A DNA stretch of 64,000 bases, taken from Tubiluchus corallicola (taxonomy: Eukaryota > Animalia > Priapulida). The stretch is from contig JAQGDQ010000587.1 of assembly GCA_030141605.1 (NCBI GenBank), positions 71,087 to 135,086 of the forward strand, in the 5' to 3' direction. Position numbers and translations under genes: made by a program. The notes beneath the pieces are model-generated. The model saw only the letters and a list, made by a program, of their open reading frames with translations. It was not told the origin of the DNA and made no database searches. Of this stretch, positions 1-13,669 are shown piece by piece (position 1 is the first letter of the stretch; each line of letters begins with the position of its first letter).

Positions 1-326
1 GAAAAAACACGTGGAATATTCCCGAATGATGACTTCATCAATCTGACAAAATTTTAACCTGATGAGTCAACTTCGGTGTTTGTTTAGTTTCCCACTAATC
101 CAAAAATAAACACATGCGGTTTTAGTTAGAAACAATAAAAATAGCATCAATACTCATTTTTGGAGGGCGATCTGTCAACAAGTTGCGCTGAATGTAAACA
201 AGCAAATAAAATAGAATCGTGCCGACGGCAATCCCAAAAATCAGTTCCCTTACAGGATAAGAAAATGCTGTTCATAAGTAAAGCTTAAAGAATTCGTCAT
301 TTTACATATATATCAGTGGGAATTGA

Positions 327-934
327 AGCAAAACCGAATCCATTCTTAAACTGTAGGTCAAAACAATCTACTTTTTAAAACATTCAAAGGAAACTTACTA
401 TTTTTCAAAAAGGACTTACGTGAAAGAATCATTACCACACAAATACAATTTCACGCTCTCGCCACTACTTCTTCCCTGTTACGTGCATTTCGCCATTCGT
501 CAGTAGACGGGCACTAGCCCCTGCATTTCGGAAACAAAAAATAGGTTAAATACCTGTAACTTCAGATGCGTTACTTTCTGACGAGCTACACACGTTAGAC
601 AGCTCATGCGTGAGCACAGCGGTAAATTTGAAATTTGAATTTTTTTCTGAAAACTTGCCTAGTTTTAGTACAACACACTGAATATCTTACAGTAGCACTG
701 TACATCAATTTTCGCTTTCGCAAGCACGTGCAAAACGTTCGTGGAATATTTTTGTTATTGAAAATTATATTAGTTTGTGATGTCATCAATAGTTGGCCTC
801 GCCCGTTGTTAATTAAGTTTTTAATCTATTATTTAATTATCAGAAACGTTTTTGCAGTATTAATTCTATTAAAACGTATACTTTTTATCGGATCTGAAAA
901 TGGGGTAGTATATGAAAAACCGTCCTGTCTTCTT
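327..934 (+). mobile_element. Family A non-autonomous DNA transposon (Kolobok/T2-MITE-like), near full-length copy
   Basis: Colinear with 52954-53570 and 12151-12722. Ends are AGCAAAACCG...TCCTGTCTTCTT, flanked on both sides by TTGA (323-326, 935-938), a variant of the TTAA target. AG..CT termini at TTAA are the Kolobok/T2 signature. Confidence 0.8.
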
Positions 935-1330
935 TTGAAAAAAAACCTGGCGAAACGAGTTGGGCCATCGTTACTGCCGGGGGGGGGGGTTCGAGACATG
1001 CGTCGTTAACTTCCAATAGTTGATCCAAGGACGTGACGTAATCGTATGGAAGAAATGACGTCACAAAAATCTATTACAAAAAGCTATATTCACTAATTGA
1101 CTAGAAAATCTTTACTCGCTTTGCGTCTATAGGTGAATAATTAACGAGCAAAGTGAATAATTAATATGAAGATTTCGGATCGTGTTAGAAGATGTAAAAG
1201 GTTTAATAGCTTCTGAATTCAAAGGCAACTGAGCAACTGTTCCTTGCTTAATTACTAAGCCACATCCTTGATGACGAGAAGCTGATGAATTAATGAGTAA
1301 TTAGCATCAAGAGATAGTTCCCACAATTGG

Positions 1331-3640
1331 ACTGAGAGCACCTTCACGCATGAATCTCCCAGAACCACTAAACTTACCACCTTTATCAGCTCTTGATATG
1401 ATTAAGAACAACTTGACGAAAGAATCTCCTAAAATCACCAAACTTATCACTTTCATCAGCTCTTGATATGATTAAGAACACCTTCACGAAAGAATCTCCT
1501 AGGATCACTAAACTTACCGCCTTCATCAGCTGTTGATATGATTAAGAACAAATTGACGAAAGAATCTCCTAGAATCTCTAAACTTATCACTTTCATCAGC
1601 TGTTGATATGATTAAGAACAACTTGACGCACGAATCTCCCAGAATCACTAAACTTACCACCTTCATCAGCTCTTGATATGATTAAGAACAACTTGACGAA
1701 AGAATCTCCTAGAATCACTAAACTTACCATCTTTATCAGCTCTTGTTATGATTAGGAACAACTTGATGAAAGAATCTCCTAGAATCACTAAACTTACTAC
1801 CTTCATCAGTTCTTGATATGATTAAGAACAACTTGACGAAAGAATCTCCTAGAATCACTAAACTTATCACTTTCATCAGCTCTTGATATGATTGAGAACA
1901 CCTTCACGAAAGAATCTCCTAGGATCACTAAACTTACCGCCTTCATCAGCTGTTGATATGATTAAGAACAAATTGACGAAAGAATCTCCTAGAATCACTA
2001 AACTTATCACTTTCATCAGTTCTTGATATGATTAAGAACAACTTGACGAAAGAATCTCCTATAATCACTAAACTTACCACCTTCATCAGCTCTTGATATG
2101 ATTAAGAATAACTTGACGAAAGAATCTCCTAGAATCACTAAACATATCACCTTCATCAGCTCTTGATATGATTAAGAATAACTTGACGCACGAATCTCCT
2201 AGAATCACTAAACTTACCACTTTCATCAGCTCTTGATATGATTAAGAACAACTTGACGCACGAATCTCCTAGAATCACTAAACTTACCACCTTCATCAGC
2301 TCTTGATATGATTAAGAACATCTTCACGAAAGAATCTCCTAGGATCACTAAACTTACCGCCTTCATCAGCTCTTGATATGATTAAGAACAACTTGACGAA
2401 AGAATCTCCTAGAATCACTAAACTTACCATCTTTATCAGCTCTTGTTATGATTAGGAACAACTTGATGAAAGAATCTCCTAGAATCACTAAACTTACTAC
2501 CTTCATCAGTTCTTGATATGATTAAGAACAACTTGACGAAAGAATCTCCTAGAATCACTAAACTTATCACTTTCATCAGCTCTTGATATGATTGAGAACA
2601 CCTTCACGAAAGAATCTCCTAGGATCACTAAACTTACCGCCTTCATCAGTTCTTGATATGATTAAGAACAACTTGACGAAAGAATCTCCTAGAATCACTA
2701 AACTTATCACTTTCGTCAGCTCTTGATATGATTAAGAACAAATTGACGCGCGAATCTCCTAGAATCGCTAAAGTTACCACCTTCATCAGCTCTTGATATG
2801 ATTAAGAACAAATTGACGCGCGAATCTCCTAGAATCACTAAACTTATCACTTTCATCAGTTCTTGATATGATTAAGAACAACTTGACGAAAGAATCTCCT
2901 AGAATCGCTAAACTTACCACCTTCATCAGCTCTTGATATGATTAAGAACAAATTGACGAAAGAATCTCCTAGAATCACTAAACTTATCACTTTCATCAGT
3001 TCTTGATATGATTAAGAACAACTTGACGAAAGAATCTCCCAGAATCACTAAACTTACCACCTTCATCAGCTCTTGATATGATTATGAACAACTTGACGAA
3101 AGAATCTCCTAGAATCACTAAACTTACCACCGTCATCAGCTCTTGATATGATTAAGAACAACTTGACGAAAGAATCTCCTAGAATCACTAAACTTATCAC
3201 TTTCATCAGCTCTTGATATGATTAAGAACAACTTCACGAAAGAATCTCCTAGAATCACTAAACTTACCACCTTCATCAGCTCTTGATATGATTAAGAACA
3301 ACTTGACGAAAGAATCTCCTAGAATCACTAAACTTACCACCTTCATCAGCTCTTGATATGATTAAGAACAACTTCACGAAAGAATCTCCTAGGATCACTA
3401 AACTTACCACTTTCATCAGCTCTTGATATGATTAAGAACAAATTGACGAAAGAATCTCCTAGAATCACTAAACTTATCACTTTCATCAGCTCTTGATATG
3501 ATTAAGAACAACTTGACGAAAGAATCTCCTGGAATCACTAAACTTACCACCTTCATCAGCTCTTGATATGATTAAGAAAAACGTGACGCGCTAATCTCTT
3601 AGCAAACTTATCGCCCTGATCAACTCTTGATAAGTTCAAG
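1331..3640. repeat. 70-bp minisatellite, ~33 copies
   Basis: Unit agaatctcctagaatcactaaacttaccaccttcatcagctcttgatatgattaagaacaacttgacgaa; attaagaaca recurs at 1401, 1471, etc. No unique spacers; edges degenerate. Confidence 0.97.
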
Positions 3641-4721
3641 AGCACCTTGGAGTACAAATCTCCTGGAGTCACCAAACTAACCACCTTAACCAACTCTTCG
3701 CCTTAACTGGAGAAATTCCTGTTAAAAGACGAAACGACCTTAATTTTTCCTTGGCTGACCGATTGGCTTTTCCCGGTACTCCAAGATTCTTCTCAATAGA
3801 ACATTACCTAATTTATAATCGTTTAGTTATGTCTGTACTCATACAGTACCAGAAAAGTCATAGGCCTTATAAAGCCTATTTTGAATGGTGAAGTCCGGAA
3901 GGAATTGATGACATGGATTTGATGTTTTTAAGAACTGCCCCTGTTGTCCAGTATTTTTTATACTGGTAGATAACAATGCCTTTAAATATGGAACTATTGG
4001 CTAAGCAATTTGAAACAGTGTTTTCCAAATGAAACGTTCTCTTATCTTAAAACCCACAACGCTGACGAAAATACATGAATTTGAAAACAGTTCTCTGCGG
4101 GCGAGAAGCTTTGGCGTGAGAACTACTTTATTGCACACCAACAGAATCACTTTATTGCACGAGGCGGCTGTTATAAATTGATAATGCCTGGAATTTCTCG
4201 GCACCTCAAACCCAGCTGGCCGGATTTCAATAAACAAAAACAACAACATGTTTTGATAACTTGAATTTTCATTAAAAACGTTGATAACGAAACAGTTTCA
4301 TACACAATGTAATTGACGTCTAATAAAAATGTTTTTGCTAAAATGCATCATGCTTTTTACACTATTAATTATAAACACAGATAAAAGATATAAAAGAGTC
4401 TTCTATCTTTACAGCATTATTTATCAAAAATAGAAATTTCTTTCACATCTGCTATGCAATCAGTTGAAGGGTTAAACTCAGTTGAAAGGTCTAAAATTAA
4501 GTTCTATAATTATTCTATTTATAGTTTCTCACAGACCATTATTACCTGTATTTTAATTTCTTTCTTATTTCAATAGAAAGACTTATTTCAGTCATTGAAA
4601 CTATTTGGCACTTTGCCAGGAATTATAGGCGTATGTACGAGAAATGCTACGTTTGTTTTCCAAATAATGAAGCGTTTAGATCCTTCAACACTTTCACAGC
4701 CTATTACTTTTGAGTACTTAA

Positions 4722-5336
4722 AGGAAGACGGGGCGATTTTTCATATACAACCCCATTTTAAAAAATCCGAAAAAATACATTTTAACACAATTAATAGTGC
4801 AAAAGCGTTTCTGATAATTAAATAATAGATTAAAATCTGAATTAACGGCGGGCGAGCTCAACTATTGATGACATCACCAACTAACAAAATTTTTAACAAC
4901 AAAAATATTCCACGAGCGTGTTGCGTGTGTTTGCGAAAGCGAAAATTGAAGTACAGTGCTACTGTGAGATATTCAGTGTGTTCTACTGAAACTAGGCAAG
5001 TTTTAAGATAAAAATTCAAATATCAAATTTACCGTTGTGCTCATACATGAGTTGTCGAAACTGTGAAGTTCGTCACAAATTAACACATCAGAAGGGAAAG
5101 GTACAGTTCCTGTTTTTTTGTGCAATGCGTTTTTTTGATGCGCTAGTGCCCGTCTAACTAGCGAATGATGAAATGCATGTGACAGCGAAGAACTAGTGGC
5201 GCGAATGTAAAATTGTGTTTGTCTGGTAATAATTCTTTCAAGTAAATCAAAAAAATAGTATGTTTCCTTTCAATATTTTTCCTTTTAAACACAGGATTGC
5301 TTTCACCTGCAGCTTGAGATTGGATCCGGTTTTGTA
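4722..5336 (-). mobile_element. Family A MITE, reverse orientation
   Basis: TTAA (4718-4721) then AGGAAGAC...; the body is the reverse complement of the 327-934 and 52954-53570 copies and ends in ggatccggttttg. Confidence 0.8.
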
Positions 5337-6270
5337 TTGTATAAATTTATAGCCAAACTGTTTGTGGTGCGCTAGAGGTGCAGGCATTTCAGGAAACTTC
5401 TACTTGTGATGGTGAAACAGACTTCTCCTTTACGGAGTGGAAGTTTCTAAAATCATCAGTGCAGATTAGCAGACGATGTTAATGTGTTAGTTTAGTACAT
5501 TTCCTGCAGATGTCGCTTTTTGCCGATTTGGTGACCATTAAAACGGAAAAGCTGCAGTTCGCTTGTTGAGGCTAATGAAGATAGAAATGTTATTCTTGCT
5601 TTTTACGTCTCAACGCTGAAGAGTGAACGTTTCCTTCAAAACTTGGACATAAATTTCCTTTATTGAGGCTTGAAATCCTGGATAGAATGTTAAACGACGG
5701 TCGCCTCTTCCGAGAGGTAATCAAATAGCCGTTTGGTGGCGCTGCAGCTGAGCCCTGCATCCTGATGGCTTACTCACTGCTGGCTTCTGGGTTGAGAAAA
5801 CTTAATTAACTAGAAGAATAACTGCTTGGCAGAGTTTATTCAACTTCTTAAAACTTTTTGCAAACATGGTCGTTACGAGAAGGAACAAATAAAGGACTTT
5901 ATTACTATGGAAAGAGTTCATGCTAAACCGGAAGAGGATGTTAGGCAAGAAACGTCACAACGGAAACGGCGACTGTAATGCCAATGACATAAATAACGCA
6001 AAACAGCAAAAAAGTACGACAAAAGCCAATAACAACCCCCCCGCTTTTCGTTAAGATCTTAGAAAATGGAGAATCTTGCAGCCACCATTGTTCGAAAGGC
6101 AATTTCATTAAATTATAGACGTATCAGACGAAAGTCGAGAACTTCTTACAATGACATATCATGTGTAACGTCTAAGATGTTCATACCTTCTACTGATGAG
6201 ACGTAATTGGATTAGAATTGCTAGTTTGTGGATTTTGACAGCGCTTAGTGCTAGAAGAATACAGTAAATA

Positions 6271-6647
6271 AGTATTTTCACAGTCATGCTATGCGCAAGT
6301 GCAGTTGCTGTAGGTCAAAGGTTAGGTGTACCACAACAATGCGTCTTAACTGCCACGTGACATGTGGGTAAAGTAAACCCGTGTGCAGCGTCAGTTCAGT
6401 AACTTCAGTTGTTTTACGTGGACTTAATTATGCATTAGTCTGTGCGCAGAGTGAATTACTAGTTGGATCTTACTTGGGAACAAGAAAAAATGAACTAGGT
6501 AAGGTTCTAACTATCTGTTAAAACTGTTACTAGTACAATAGCATGTTCTGCGAGATGTTGTCAAGTGCACACAAATGCATTGTCTGGTACACTTAACCTT
6601 TCATCTTTTCACGATCATCATCAATCGCTGGAACTGTGACAAAAGCT
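6271..6647 (+). mobile_element. Family B MITE (TIR approx. AGCCTTTTCACAG; possibly PIF/Harbinger-like)
   Basis: Homologous to 10415-10765, 36335-36471, 38963-39140 and 40828-41225. Has terminal inverted repeats plus an inner inverted pair, ggtcaaaggttaagtgtacca / tggtacacttaacctttgacc. Superfamily is inferred only. Confidence 0.7.
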
Positions 6648-6847
6648 TGTTCTGAGGCAAAGGTACATTATATTTCAACCGCTATGACGGTGTTGGGAAA
6701 TTTGTGACATTGCTGGAAAATAAAGCCACTTAATCCGAGTTTTTGTCAGTGTAACCAACGAAGTATTCAAAAACTAGAAATACTAAACTGAAATGTAAAT
6801 GGGTCGCGTATTGTATACTTCTATGCCCTTTTCCGGTTTTCAGTAAT

Positions 6848-7160
6848 GGCGCGTTCAGACTAGCGAATTTTTTGTCCAGAGTTTTCTCTCTGACTGCAAA
6901 TTTGTAAGTGTGAACTCCTTTGCGAGTTACTATCGACAAGTTACTGCAAACTCTCCAACAGTTACTGCGAGTTGATTTGCTGTCCAGTGTGAACGCCTGG
7001 GGGAGTTACTCTCGACACACCTTCCATTGAATAGAGAAATGAGTGTTACCTCTTTGCTTCGGAAAGTAACTCACAGTAAGCTTTGCTCTCTGGTCTGCAC
7101 ACGCTTGCGAGTTACCTGGTAAATTTAAGTTGGTGACAAAATTCGCTGGTCTGAAACGCC
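6848..7160. mobile_element. MITE-like element with ~25-bp TIRs and internal direct repeats
   Basis: ggcgcgttcagactagcgaatttt at the left, aaaattcgctggtctgaaacgcc at the right. The internal motif agtgtgaac..gagttactntcgaca is repeated. Confidence 0.65.
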
Positions 7161-7189
7161 GCAAAGATGAGAAGCGTTTCTTATTAATT

Positions 7190-7560
7190 ATTTATTATTA
7201 TTATTATTATTATTGTTATTGTTATTGTTATTGTTATTGTTATTGTTATTGTTATTGTTACTGTTACTGTTACTGTTACTGTTACTGTTACTGTTACTGT
7301 TACTATTACTATTACTATTACTATTACTATTACTATTACTATTACTATTACTATTACTATTACTATTACTATTACTATTACTATTACTATTACTATTACT
7401 ATTACTATTACTATTATTATTAATATTATTATTATTACTATTTCTACTATTATTACTACTACTATTACTTTTACTATTACTATTACTGTTACTGTTACTG
7501 TTACTTTTGTTATTGTTGCTGTTGTTGTTGTTATTATTATTATTATTAATTATTGATTAT
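7190..7560. repeat. Compound microsatellite (TTA/TTGTTA/CTGTTA/CTATTA)n
   Basis: Directly visible; source of the poly-Y and poly-L ORFs. Confidence 0.97.
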
Positions 7561-7954
7561 TAAATTGTAATTTTGAATCAGAATTTGTACAGTGAACAGC
7601 TGCTAACTGAAATTCAAGTTGAGTTTTAATACCTCCATAAGAATAACCTACATAAGTTTATGAGAACTCACAAAGGAAATCAACACGCACAAATCTGCAA
7701 GATTACGCGGTCTTTGTATTTAAACAATGATAGTTTAAACTAATATTGGCCTTCAGTGGCGGTGAATTTATGCGCATGATACTAGTCCGCGACGCTTAGA
7801 CTTACGCACGATTTCTGCTTGTTTGCACGACCTAAACAGGTCACAATTTATGTCATTTTTTGAAAGAATTACAAACAAAGCCAGTTCATTCAATAAATAT
7901 CTGATTTTTTTAACATTCAGTAAAACGTGTAAAGTTTAAAACAGCCTCACACAA

Positions 7955-8165
7955 CGATGACGATGACGATGATAGTGAAGATGATGATGATGATGATGGT
8001 GGTGACAATATTGTTGAATTGCTGATAACGATGATGATGTTGATGATGTTGATGACAATATTGTTGAATTGCTGATAATGATGATGATGTTGATGATGAT
8101 GACGGTGACTATGATGATTAAGATGGTGGTGAGGATGATGACGACGATAACGATAATGGTGGCGA
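7955..8165. repeat. Degenerate (GAT)n microsatellite with an internal duplication
   Basis: gacaatattgttgaattgctgataa occurs twice within the (gat)n run. Confidence 0.9.
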
Positions 8166-9125
8166 TGCCAAACTCAACAATAACACATAGACCAAGTGAT
8201 GAAAATTATTAAAAAAGATGCACAGGGAGAAAAGACGCTACGACAATTGTAATTTCATACAGAAGCAGTTCTGTAGAAAACCTCAACAGATACACTCATT
8301 CCGTAAACGCATACATAAACTTATTAAAGTCATTTTACGTACGCTTACTACTCTTTTAATGACGCTTATAGAGAACTATCAAGCTATAACCTATCTAGTT
8401 TCCACTTAATAAGTTACGTACGCCTGTCTGTAACATTATTCAATAGATAGTAGGCAAGAGAGCCACCAATACATGCCCGCATTGACCAATGCTTAATTAG
8501 TTTAATCAAAATCTATTATTTGCAACAAACACTGCCCATATCACACAGCAAATTACTATAATTATTTTATTATTTCTGCACAATAATGAAAACAACGAAT
8601 GATAGTTCACAAAAGCAGAATAATGGTAGCTTTTACTAGGCTCATAAATACACGTTTGAAAATCCAGTGATAAACGTTGATTAGCATGGTCTATCACTCA
8701 AAGCTGAGCTAATTAAAAAACCCAAATGTTTGTTTGGTACGTTGTAGGAAGTTTGACAAACATAAATTCGAAGTTGAGTTGTCAGACACTTGAGGCATAA
8801 ATTTGACATGGGAGTGAGTATAACATATCAGGTGGCAAAGAAAAAATGTACCGAAGTCTACACTAGAATAATACTAACGTGCTTTACACAGCTGAAATTC
8901 CAATCTGAGACATTATCGTACATTGGCTTTTGGCTGTGAAACTTATAAGTGTATAGTTTTGCTAATTTTTATGTTATGTCTGAAAAGGTTTTGCGTATTA
9001 AAAATTTAAATGCCGGAGTATTTAACGCTATTGCTCACAGCAGTGGAAACGCTGGTTATGCTGTCAATTTTTGAACGTGTGGTTGTACTATTTAGTGATT
9101 TACGATTTTTATAGCAACAAACAAT

Positions 9126-9283
9126 TTTATTACTATTATTGTTATTGCTGTTGCTATTGCTCTTGCTGTTGTTGTTGATATTATTATTATTATTTTATTA
9201 TTGTTGTTGTTGTTGTTGTTGTTGCTGCTGCTGTTGTTGTTGTTGTTGTTGTTGTTGGTTGTTGTTGTTGTTGTTGTTGCTGT

Positions 9284-9339
<56 letters not shown>

Positions 9340-9355
9340 TGCACTACCACTACCA

Positions 9356-9387
<32 letters not shown>

Positions 9388-9416
9388 TTTACTACTACAA
9401 CTACAACTACTACTTT

Positions 9417-9505
<89 letters not shown>

Positions 9506-9530
9506 TTATTATTATTATTATTGTTATTAT
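9126..9530. repeat. Compound microsatellite (TTG)n-(TAC)n-(TAT)n
   Basis: Directly visible. Confidence 0.97.
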
Positions 9531-10414
9531 TAATTTAAATTTTTGCTCATTGTGTTTATAATCTAAATATTGGACTGCAAGGTTACAAAATTGGTAGTTG
9601 AAACAGTGTAATTTAGCTCCTCAAACTCAGTAATCAAACTACATACACAAATTCAAAGCATCAGTGAGTTTTCACTGTGCAAAAAGATCATCGAGAGACC
9701 ATGACGACGATGATGATGGCGATCGTCTTCAACTCGGAGTTTGTTGAAGGATCCCGTATTATGAGATTTGGCCGGAAGATTTAGGTTAGAGAAACACTCT
9801 GTGAAACGTTTTGTCCCCAAGCTCGAGTATTTTGAAATAGGTTAAAATGCGTTTACAATAGGATTTGCTATGGCACTCCAATGTTTACAAGATTACGTAC
9901 GGATTACGAAGTCGCGCGCTGCATAAACGCATTGTGACGTCACTCGACCAAGCCATTTTATTTATGTAACTTAAGCGCAGCAGTTTGTAGTGTCGTTTTA
10001 ACTGCTGACTGATTCTAATTTAGTGCAAGTATGAAATTGCCAAACCCTAATTTACAACCTTCGCACAAGATTTCCTGTCATTCAGTTTAGTAAACGGAGG
10101 TTTGTGAAAATTAATCGACGTTGAATTATCGTTGAGTTGTTGTTGCAAAACAGAAAAATTTGAAAATACGGTTTTAACAATGCGAGCAGGATTACACAGT
10201 AGAACACGGAGACAATAGTCATCATTGTATAGAAGGGCAAGGTGGGCCTGTCCAGGGAGGGTCACGTAAGTGCCGAGTTTAACGGTTTCGGATGAATATG
10301 AACATTCTTCAAAAAGACATGGTTAATGTGCAATGGGGAGTGAATAGGGCTGTAATTAGGAAGTGTTGGGACATATTATAGGCGCTTTGTGGTGATGTGC
10401 AAAATGGTGAAACG

Positions 10415-10765
10415 GCCACGTTGTGCGCACGCGTAGTTGCTGTAAGTCAAAGGTTAAGTGTGCCACATCAATGCGTCCTAACTACAACAGTCATGTGACT
10501 GTGGGGAAAGTAAAGCCGTCTGCCACGTCACTTGTTTTTCTTAGACTTCACTTAATTATCCATCAGTCTGTGCGTACAGCAATTTACTAGCAGAATCTTG
10601 CTTGGGAAGAAGAAAAAATGAGCTAGGTAAGATTCTAGCTAGCTGTTAAAACTGTTGCTGTTACAGCAGCTTGGGCAGCGGGACGTTGTCAAGTGTACAC
10701 AAATGCATTGTCTGGTACACTTAACCTTTGACCTTTCACGGTTAACATCAATCGCTGGAACTGTA
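10415..10765 (+). mobile_element. Family B MITE copy
   Basis: Colinear with 6285-6640 (gttgctgta.gtcaaaggttaagtgt ... catcaatcgctggaactgt). Confidence 0.75.
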
Positions 10766-10948
10766 TATAGTCTTATTGTGTGAACTCTGTGCAGACACTG
10801 ATCTCTAAAGAAAGGAACTGGAAGAATTATTATTTAAAAAAAGATCTATAACGAAGAAATTGAAAATTCCTAAATATGTATTAAGCTGAAAATGTGCAAT
10901 CCCCCTCACTCATTACCTTCAAATCCTCCATCTAGTGGATTAGGAAGG

Positions 10949-11610
10949 AGTTTACAATTCCCCACACAATTTAAATACCCTACCCTACCCTAACCCTAGC
11001 CCACCCCTAGGTCTATCTCTAAGCCTATTCCTAACCCCAACCCTAACCCTAACCCCACACAATTTAAATACCCTACCCTAACTCTAACTATAACCCTAGC
11101 TCTAATCCAACCCTAGCCCTAGCCCACCCCTAACTCTATCTCAAAATCTATTCCTAACCCCAACCCTAACCCTAACCCCACAAAATTTAAATACCCTACT
11201 CTAACCCTAGCCCTAGCCCACCCCTAACTCTATCTCTAAACTTATTCCTAACCCCAACCCTAACCCTAACCCCACACAATTTAAATACCCTACCCTAACC
11301 CTAACTATAACCCTAGCTCTAATCCAACCCTAGCCCTAGCCCTAGCCCTAGCCCTAGCCCTAGCCCTAGCCCACCCCTAACTATCTCTAAATCTATTCCT
11401 AACCCCAACCCTAACCCTAACCCACACAATTTAAATACCCTACCCTAACCCTAGCCTTAATCCAACCCTCGCTCTAGCCCACCCCTAACTCTATCTCTAA
11501 ACCTATTCCTAACCCCAACCCTAACCTAACCCTAATTCTAGCCCTAATCGTAATCTTAACCCTAATCCTAATCCTCTTCACGAACTCTTGTGTATTGGGA
11601 ATTGTAAACT
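10949..11610. mobile_element. Inverted-repeat-bounded element with a telomere-like (CCCTAA/CCCTAG) core
   Basis: 14-bp inverted repeat AGTTTACAATTCCC (10949-10962) / GGGAATTGTAAACT (11597-11610). The core is five higher-order units, each starting cccaca(c)aatttaaataccctac and filled with ccctaa variants. Confidence 0.65.
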
Positions 11611-12150
11611 TTAGCCGCTGATTCAACCAATTCTACAAAGTGTCATAACGTCACGAAGCCATAAACTCATTGTAGTTTTTGCAACATTGATGTCGCCTGC
11701 TGTATGAGGTTCCTGAATTCTCCTGCTTACACAAACCGACACGCACAGACATTGATAATTCAATACTGAGAACATCAGCGTCTGTGTTGTTGATCAACTG
11801 TAGCTTTAGAAATCTCTGGTCATTTGGTCAATAATCACTGAGCAGCAGCACGTACGTCACTTCCGGCAATTATTACACGGATTCACTGAAGCTGTCAGCT
11901 TGTAAGTGATACCTGTCTTCTGATTAATGCAATGCTGAATTTCTCGTTCGCGCGCTTAGTTATTCGATCTTACATTCATTTCCCCATTCGTCTCTAGGCG
12001 AGCACTGGAATTTAAAATCGGCCACATTTTTGTATACCACACTAAATGGTGCACGATTTATCTTGAATTTTGTACAAGGTTACTATAAACGCAAGTCCTT
12101 AATACAATAAGACAGCATATAAGTGGTACTTTTCAAGGTGAACTTTTTAT

Positions 12151-12722
12151 AGCAAAACTGGATCCAGTCTTAAGCAGGTCAAAACAACCTACACTTTAAA
12201 ATATTGAAACAAAACATACTATTTTTTTTCAAAAATTACTTACGTCAAAGAATTATTACGACACAAACACAACTTCACGTTCGCGCCACTAGTTCTTCGC
12301 TGTTACATGCATTTCGACAGGCACTAGCGCCTGTATTTCCGAAACTCACAAAAAAACAGGTGTTGTACCTCTCAATTCAGATGTGTAAGTTTGTGACGAA
12401 CTGCACACGTTCGACAGCTCACGCGTGAGCACAGATAAATTTGAAAATTGAATTTTTTCCTTTAAAACTTGCCCAGTTTTAATACAACACATCGATTACC
12501 TTACAGTAGTTCTGTACTTCAATTTTCTCTTTCGCAAACACGTGCAGCACGCTCGCGGATATTCTTGCTGTTGAAAATTATGTTAGTTTGTGATGTCATC
12601 AATAGTTGGGCTCGTCCGCCGTTAATTATGTTTTTAACTTATCATTTAATTATCAGAAACGCTTTTGCAGCATTAATTGTGTTAAAATATATACTTTTTA
12701 TCGGACTTGAAAATGGGGTCCT
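12151..12722 (+). mobile_element. Family A MITE copy with a small subterminal deletion
   Basis: Starts agcaaaactggatcc, ends gaaaatggggtcct|TTAA; colinear with the 52954 copy. Confidence 0.8.
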
Positions 12723-13669
12723 TTAAGCTTTGTTTATGAAGTGCGTTTTCTTGTGATTTAAATACATTAAACCACATACTTGTGAATTAACAAATTAAAT
12801 AACAGATTTAGCACAAGAAATGGTATACTGATAAAGTCTAACTGAATAAAATGCGACATTTTCTTTATCAGGCGGCTTTCACGTTTTGCTTTGATCAATT
12901 TCTGTCTAATGTAACCCCCACATTAATTTAGCAATATTTACACTGTAGTAACGTCTTAAGTGCAAATTTAACAGCCTGTTCACACAGCGCAGTGACGTCA
13001 CACGAATCTTAGCAACAAACGCTGATTAATTTTTATGCGCCTGGCGAAATTAAAATCTGAAGAATGTATTATGCTTGTAATCTGTTCAAGTCAAGCTGAC
13101 TTTATTAACAATTTTCGCAGAAATTTCTCCTCAACGGGCCGTAAAAGCTACGCAAGTAATATGGAGAGAATTCCATAGAGAAATTTGTTTTTAATTGAAA
13201 GGAAATTCAAATAAATGATTCGCTCCTTGTAGTGCTGAAATTTCCTGTCACAACAGTAACGGAGCAAATGTTGAACCTTGTATAACAACGTTGTTTTGAT
13301 TAGTTTTATTCCGTTCACGTAAATCACTCATTTCATTTTGCCTGCCTTAATAATTTCTGTCAGGTCAAAAAACTGACTGACTGGCTAATTTATCTACACT
13401 GACTGACTGACTGACTGCATGGATGAATGAATAAACGAATGAATGAACGAACGAACGAACGAATAAATGACTAATTGGCAAAGCGAGTTATACCATACCT
13501 TATTGATTTGAGTAGAAAGCGTGTGGCTTCTTTTGGACATGACTTTTTTCTATGATTTCTCCTGGATATAGTGTTTGCGTAGCGTATGCACGCGCCGCGC
13601 ATGCGCAGACGGTTCTTCATTAATGAGGCAAACATTAAAGCAGTAGCATATTCTCGCTGAATAAACGGA

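Noticed and set aside
10949-11610. True telomere or chromosome-fusion site
   Set aside because: The repeats are degenerate, in one orientation only, internal, and bounded by inverted repeats.
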